Source of the DNA: Lama guanicoe
Lineage: Eukaryota
Direction: 5' to 3'
DNA length: 64,000 nucleotides
Assembly: GCA_013239625.1 (NCBI GenBank)
Contig: MU053994.1
Location: 1,181,775 to 1,245,774 of the forward strand
How positions within the stretch are numbered: position 1 is the stretch's first letter; each line of letters opens with the position of its first letter. The notes under the pieces were generated by a model. That model made no database searches and had not been told where the DNA came from. It worked only from the letters and a program-made list of their open reading frames with translations. Position numbers and translations under genes: made by a program. Positions 60,621-64,000 of the stretch are shown piece by piece.

Positions 60621-62924
60621 CTCCAGTAACATTGACTTATACAAATCTTTCTAAGCCTCTCACCTTCTCTGAAAGTTAGTAAATAAAGCCCCTCTTTGAT
60701 GGCTAAGGAACTTTCTGCCCTCCAGCTGCCGTCACAGGCTTGTCTTCACCTGGGGATTCTGGAGGCAAGGCCTAAGGCATCCCCCTCCGTCATGTATTTG
60801 ATGTGCCAGGACGTGACCTAGAGGAGCCTGTGTGTGCTTAGACCTTTGAAATGTCCAAAACAGGTTTCCTCTGCTTGCTTATTGAGGTTGTGTGTATGCC
60901 CAGCATCCTTCACACTTTTTAATTCCCATCACTGACCATGCTGACCAGGTTGCATCTGAGGAAAGTCTAATGTAGCCATAGTCACTTGTGTTAAAAAAAA
61001 AAAAGATCTCCCTTGCCTCCAGCACGCTATTTGTCCCCTAAACTTTATTTATAAACACCCCCATGGTTAAGGCATCTGTTTCTTCATGTTAATTTCCCGG
61101 GCTCCGATCTGCCTAGCCTGGAAGGAGAGTTTCAACCCATGGGTAGGCCAAGTGAGAGAAGCAGGTATCCTGTGAGCTAGGCCGGGAGAGAAAGGCTTAC
61201 CACAGGCCCCAGGGAAGAGGCAGATGGAAATGCAGAGGGAAGCGCCATTTCATTCCTGACCTCCTCTGGAGGTTTGGGGGAAAGGAAAACTGAGGAGAAG
61301 CGTGATTTCGTGATTTCGCCTCTGCTCAGGGCTGTAGAAAAAACAAGTGAGGTGGAGAAATGAAGACTCCAAGGAGAAAATAAAAGCCCAGTTTCTACGT
61401 GGGGAAAAAAAAGCTACAAAAGTTGAAATAAAATGTCTTCTTGCTTTTATCCTTGATAAGGATAAATAATATGTGCACCTTTTCCTGCTTGGAAAGTGGC
61501 CACTCATGTCAGGTCTGAAGAAATGATTAAGGAACGATACAGACCTTGCCACTTTGAAGTTACTGTTGTTGTCATGTCCGTTTCTGTGTCCACTGGCTGA
61601 GCTTTTCACAAACTCCCTCACGCCTCTTTTTGGGGGTAAGTGTGGAAGAAACTAGGTCACTTGGAGTTGAAAACAAAGGAAGGAGAGAGGTGTAGTTTTG
61701 TGCTGGCTTTCAAAGTGAGCTGGAAATCACCAGTGAGAGGCCTGAGCAAGGGATCCCTGAGGTGGCTTTTCGATGTATCCCATTAACAGTGGAAACTGGC
61801 CACTGAGAGAGCAGAGAGGGCTGGTTGTAGCTAGAAGAGGAAAAAGACGGTGTGCTAGACAGCTTCGGTATCTGAGGAAAGGATTTCCCCCCTAAGGCAC
61901 CAAGCGTTAGTAGCAGTTCCAGGCACCTGGTTAAAAGAGAACAGAAGGATGAGAGAAGGATTAATTAAAAACCCAGGTTGACCCTGAAATGATCAAATGA
62001 GTAATAGTGAAGCCTGTCAGCCTCCTTGGTAGAAAAGAAACTATGCTAAATGCTTAGAACCAGCATTAAGACTCCTATCAGGCTAGTTTTCTTCCTTTTT
62101 TAGTTTGGCTAAAATCTTATGCCTGATTTTTGTTATACAGTGTAGTCAAATTTCAGGCCTTTGGGAACAGCAGTGTGTTTATCTGTAAGATAAACTTTCT
62201 CTAACAATGGTTACAGCTACACTGGGTCCAAGACATGTTATGCAACAAAAGTGTTGGCCTTCTGGGATAGAACAGAGGACGAGATTCTGTACCCCTGACT
62301 CTGGGATCTTCCCTCTACTTCTGTTTCTTTAAATAATGTTGTCCTTTTCTGTGGACAGAAGCTGTACTTCCTCACTGTGGATCATTAAGTACATGAAGGA
62401 AGAGATAAAGGGAAAATTTAGCTTGTAGTTTTATCACGTGGAACTTCCCATGGTTAACAGCTTATCTTCTTTATTTGTTCTCTTTTCTTGGTTTCAATTT
62501 CATCTGTAGAATTATAGATGGGATTAGACTCATTTAAAGCTATTCGTTGAGGGGAAGAGAAACTGATAGAGGCCAAGCCTTTGGTTTCACGTTGCTCACG
62601 GTTCGATGTATCACACAGTCGCTAACTGTGAGTCCAGCAGTTAGACCCTCCTGCCTGGAACCCCTTGCCACTTTGGATGGCCCTCTCTTATCACACTGCC
62701 AGTTCTTTAAGCTAAGCACTCAGTACTTTTTTTTTATTTTTCAAAGATCATCCTTTTAACCAACAGTTTTGAATTCCTACTCTGGGTCAGGCCCAATGCC
62801 AGGTGCTTTAACATACATTATTTTACTTAGTTCTACTCTTATATTCTTAGGGTAGGGCCAGTGCCTGGCACACGAAAGATTGGGTAAAGAGAGAAAAGGT
62901 ATTTTGGAAGGAATGTGAACACTG

Positions 62925-63140
62925 GCGTTAAACTGGGTTTGGATTCCAGCCCTTCTGTACAGCTGTGTGACCATGGGCCAGGGATTTAACCACCTTAAGC
63001 CTTAGCGTCCTCATTTGTAAAATAGGTATAATACAATCTTTAATAGAGGCTGGTGGTGAAGATGAAATAAAATGATAAAGGGAAAATTCTGGCACATACA
63101 GTGTGTTCCATACAGAGAGAATGAATGAAGGAATGAAGAA
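62925..63140 (+). mobile_element. MIR SINE with (gaat)n tail
   Basis: ctgggtttggattccagc...gctgtgtgacc.tggg...cctcatttgtaaaat...tggcacata. Confidence 0.75.
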
Positions 63141-63274
63141 AGAATGAATGACTGATTAGAGTCCAAGAAACCAATCCAAGGGCTACCGTGGGCATTCACA
63201 TGGAGAAGGAGGATGAACCAAGACCCAAGCCTTGGGCCCCAGGGCCTTCATTCTCTCCCTTCAAATCTGGTCTC

Positions 63275-63470
63275 AGGGGAGGTTCTAACATGAGCCATTG
63301 GATTTTAGGTGTGAGTTTAAGGTGACATGCCCCCTCTCTGAAAAACGTTTGCATTTTAAATTACATTTCTAATCATCTAGTTTAAGTAATGTTTTGTATA
63401 ATTTCAGAGGGTTCACAGTTTCCCCTGGAGCCCATCTGTGAACCCTGTACCACCCATTAAGAACCCCTTA
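63275..63470. mobile_element. hAT-Charlie MITE
   Basis: Ends gggggaggttctaac / ttaagaacccct; internal tttcagaggggttcac. Confidence 0.55.
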
Positions 63471-63471
63471 T

Positions 63472-64000
63472 GTCTCAACAAATATTGATTGGGAGGTCAC
63501 AGAGAAGTAGATGAGAGACTTGTTGGGTAGGATGCATTTTAATTGGAAGCAAATCAACATACAATTTTAGTAATTGAGGCATGAAGCAATAATCGCCTGA
63601 ACTCTGGTGGTGCCTGTCTGCGTGGGAAGGAAAAACAGATTCCAGAGACCTTAAATGGTGAGAATTGAGCATCGTGAGGTCCAACCAGATGTGAGGAGAG
63701 AGACATAAGGAACAATTCAGAGAGCCTCCCAGCTTTGAACCTAAGCAACCAAGGTAATGGCACTTCCCTTGGGAACTATAAGGCAGTGTAGAGGGCATAG
63801 ATGATAAATTTGGTTGTAGCCATAGTCAATTTGGGGTGGTTGGGAAGCAGCCAGGGTGGAGGGCTGTCTACCAAGCAGTTAGAGATACAAAGTCCTGCAG
63901 GAAAACAGCTCCTTTCAGCACTGGCATTGTGACTCTGTAATGATTAGTGGAAAAATGGGGTCAGAGCTTTAATTTGGGGATCTTCGCCCAGATGTAAGGT
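63472..64000 (-). mobile_element. L2 fragments
   Basis: caacaaatattgattg; atgataaatttggtt...gcagttagagatac...tttaatttggg. Confidence 0.5.

Noticed and set aside
1..64000. The ~170 short ORFs in the supplied track as protein-coding genes
   Set aside because: All are under 160 aa, many start at non-ATG codons or lie in repeats, and none resembles a known protein except L1 ORF2
1..64000. CRISPR arrays, operons, rRNA or other prokaryotic systems
   Set aside because: Sequence is mammalian repeat-rich DNA; no regularly spaced direct repeats or long ORFs

Overview
Mammalian nuclear non-coding DNA, intronic or intergenic. It is most likely camelid (camel/alpaca/llama): three tRNA-Ala-derived SINEs of the camelid Vic-1 type and lineage-specific L1 3' ends are present, and I saw no Alu, B1/B2, BovB, PRE1 or Can-SINE. 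About half the window is recognisable transposon debris: MIR, L2, L3/CR1, old and young L1, MaLR/ERVL solo LTRs and hAT MITEs, often nested. Family names are from memory of consensus sequences and boundaries are approximate. No protein-coding gene is identifiable; the only real protein homology in the ORF track is broken L1 ORF2. The most notable non-repeat observations are: (1) a ~160-bp inverted, diverged copy of nearby unique sequence inserted inside an old L1 (44441-44602 vs 46050-46216); (2) a CpG-preserving domain at ~30.8-32.2 kb with a Z-DNA-like 18-bp minisatellite ending at a strong splice donor; (3) several small candidate exons on both strands; (4) repeat-free, motif-dense candidate enhancers. 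I cannot support a claim of a novel biological system from the sequence alone.
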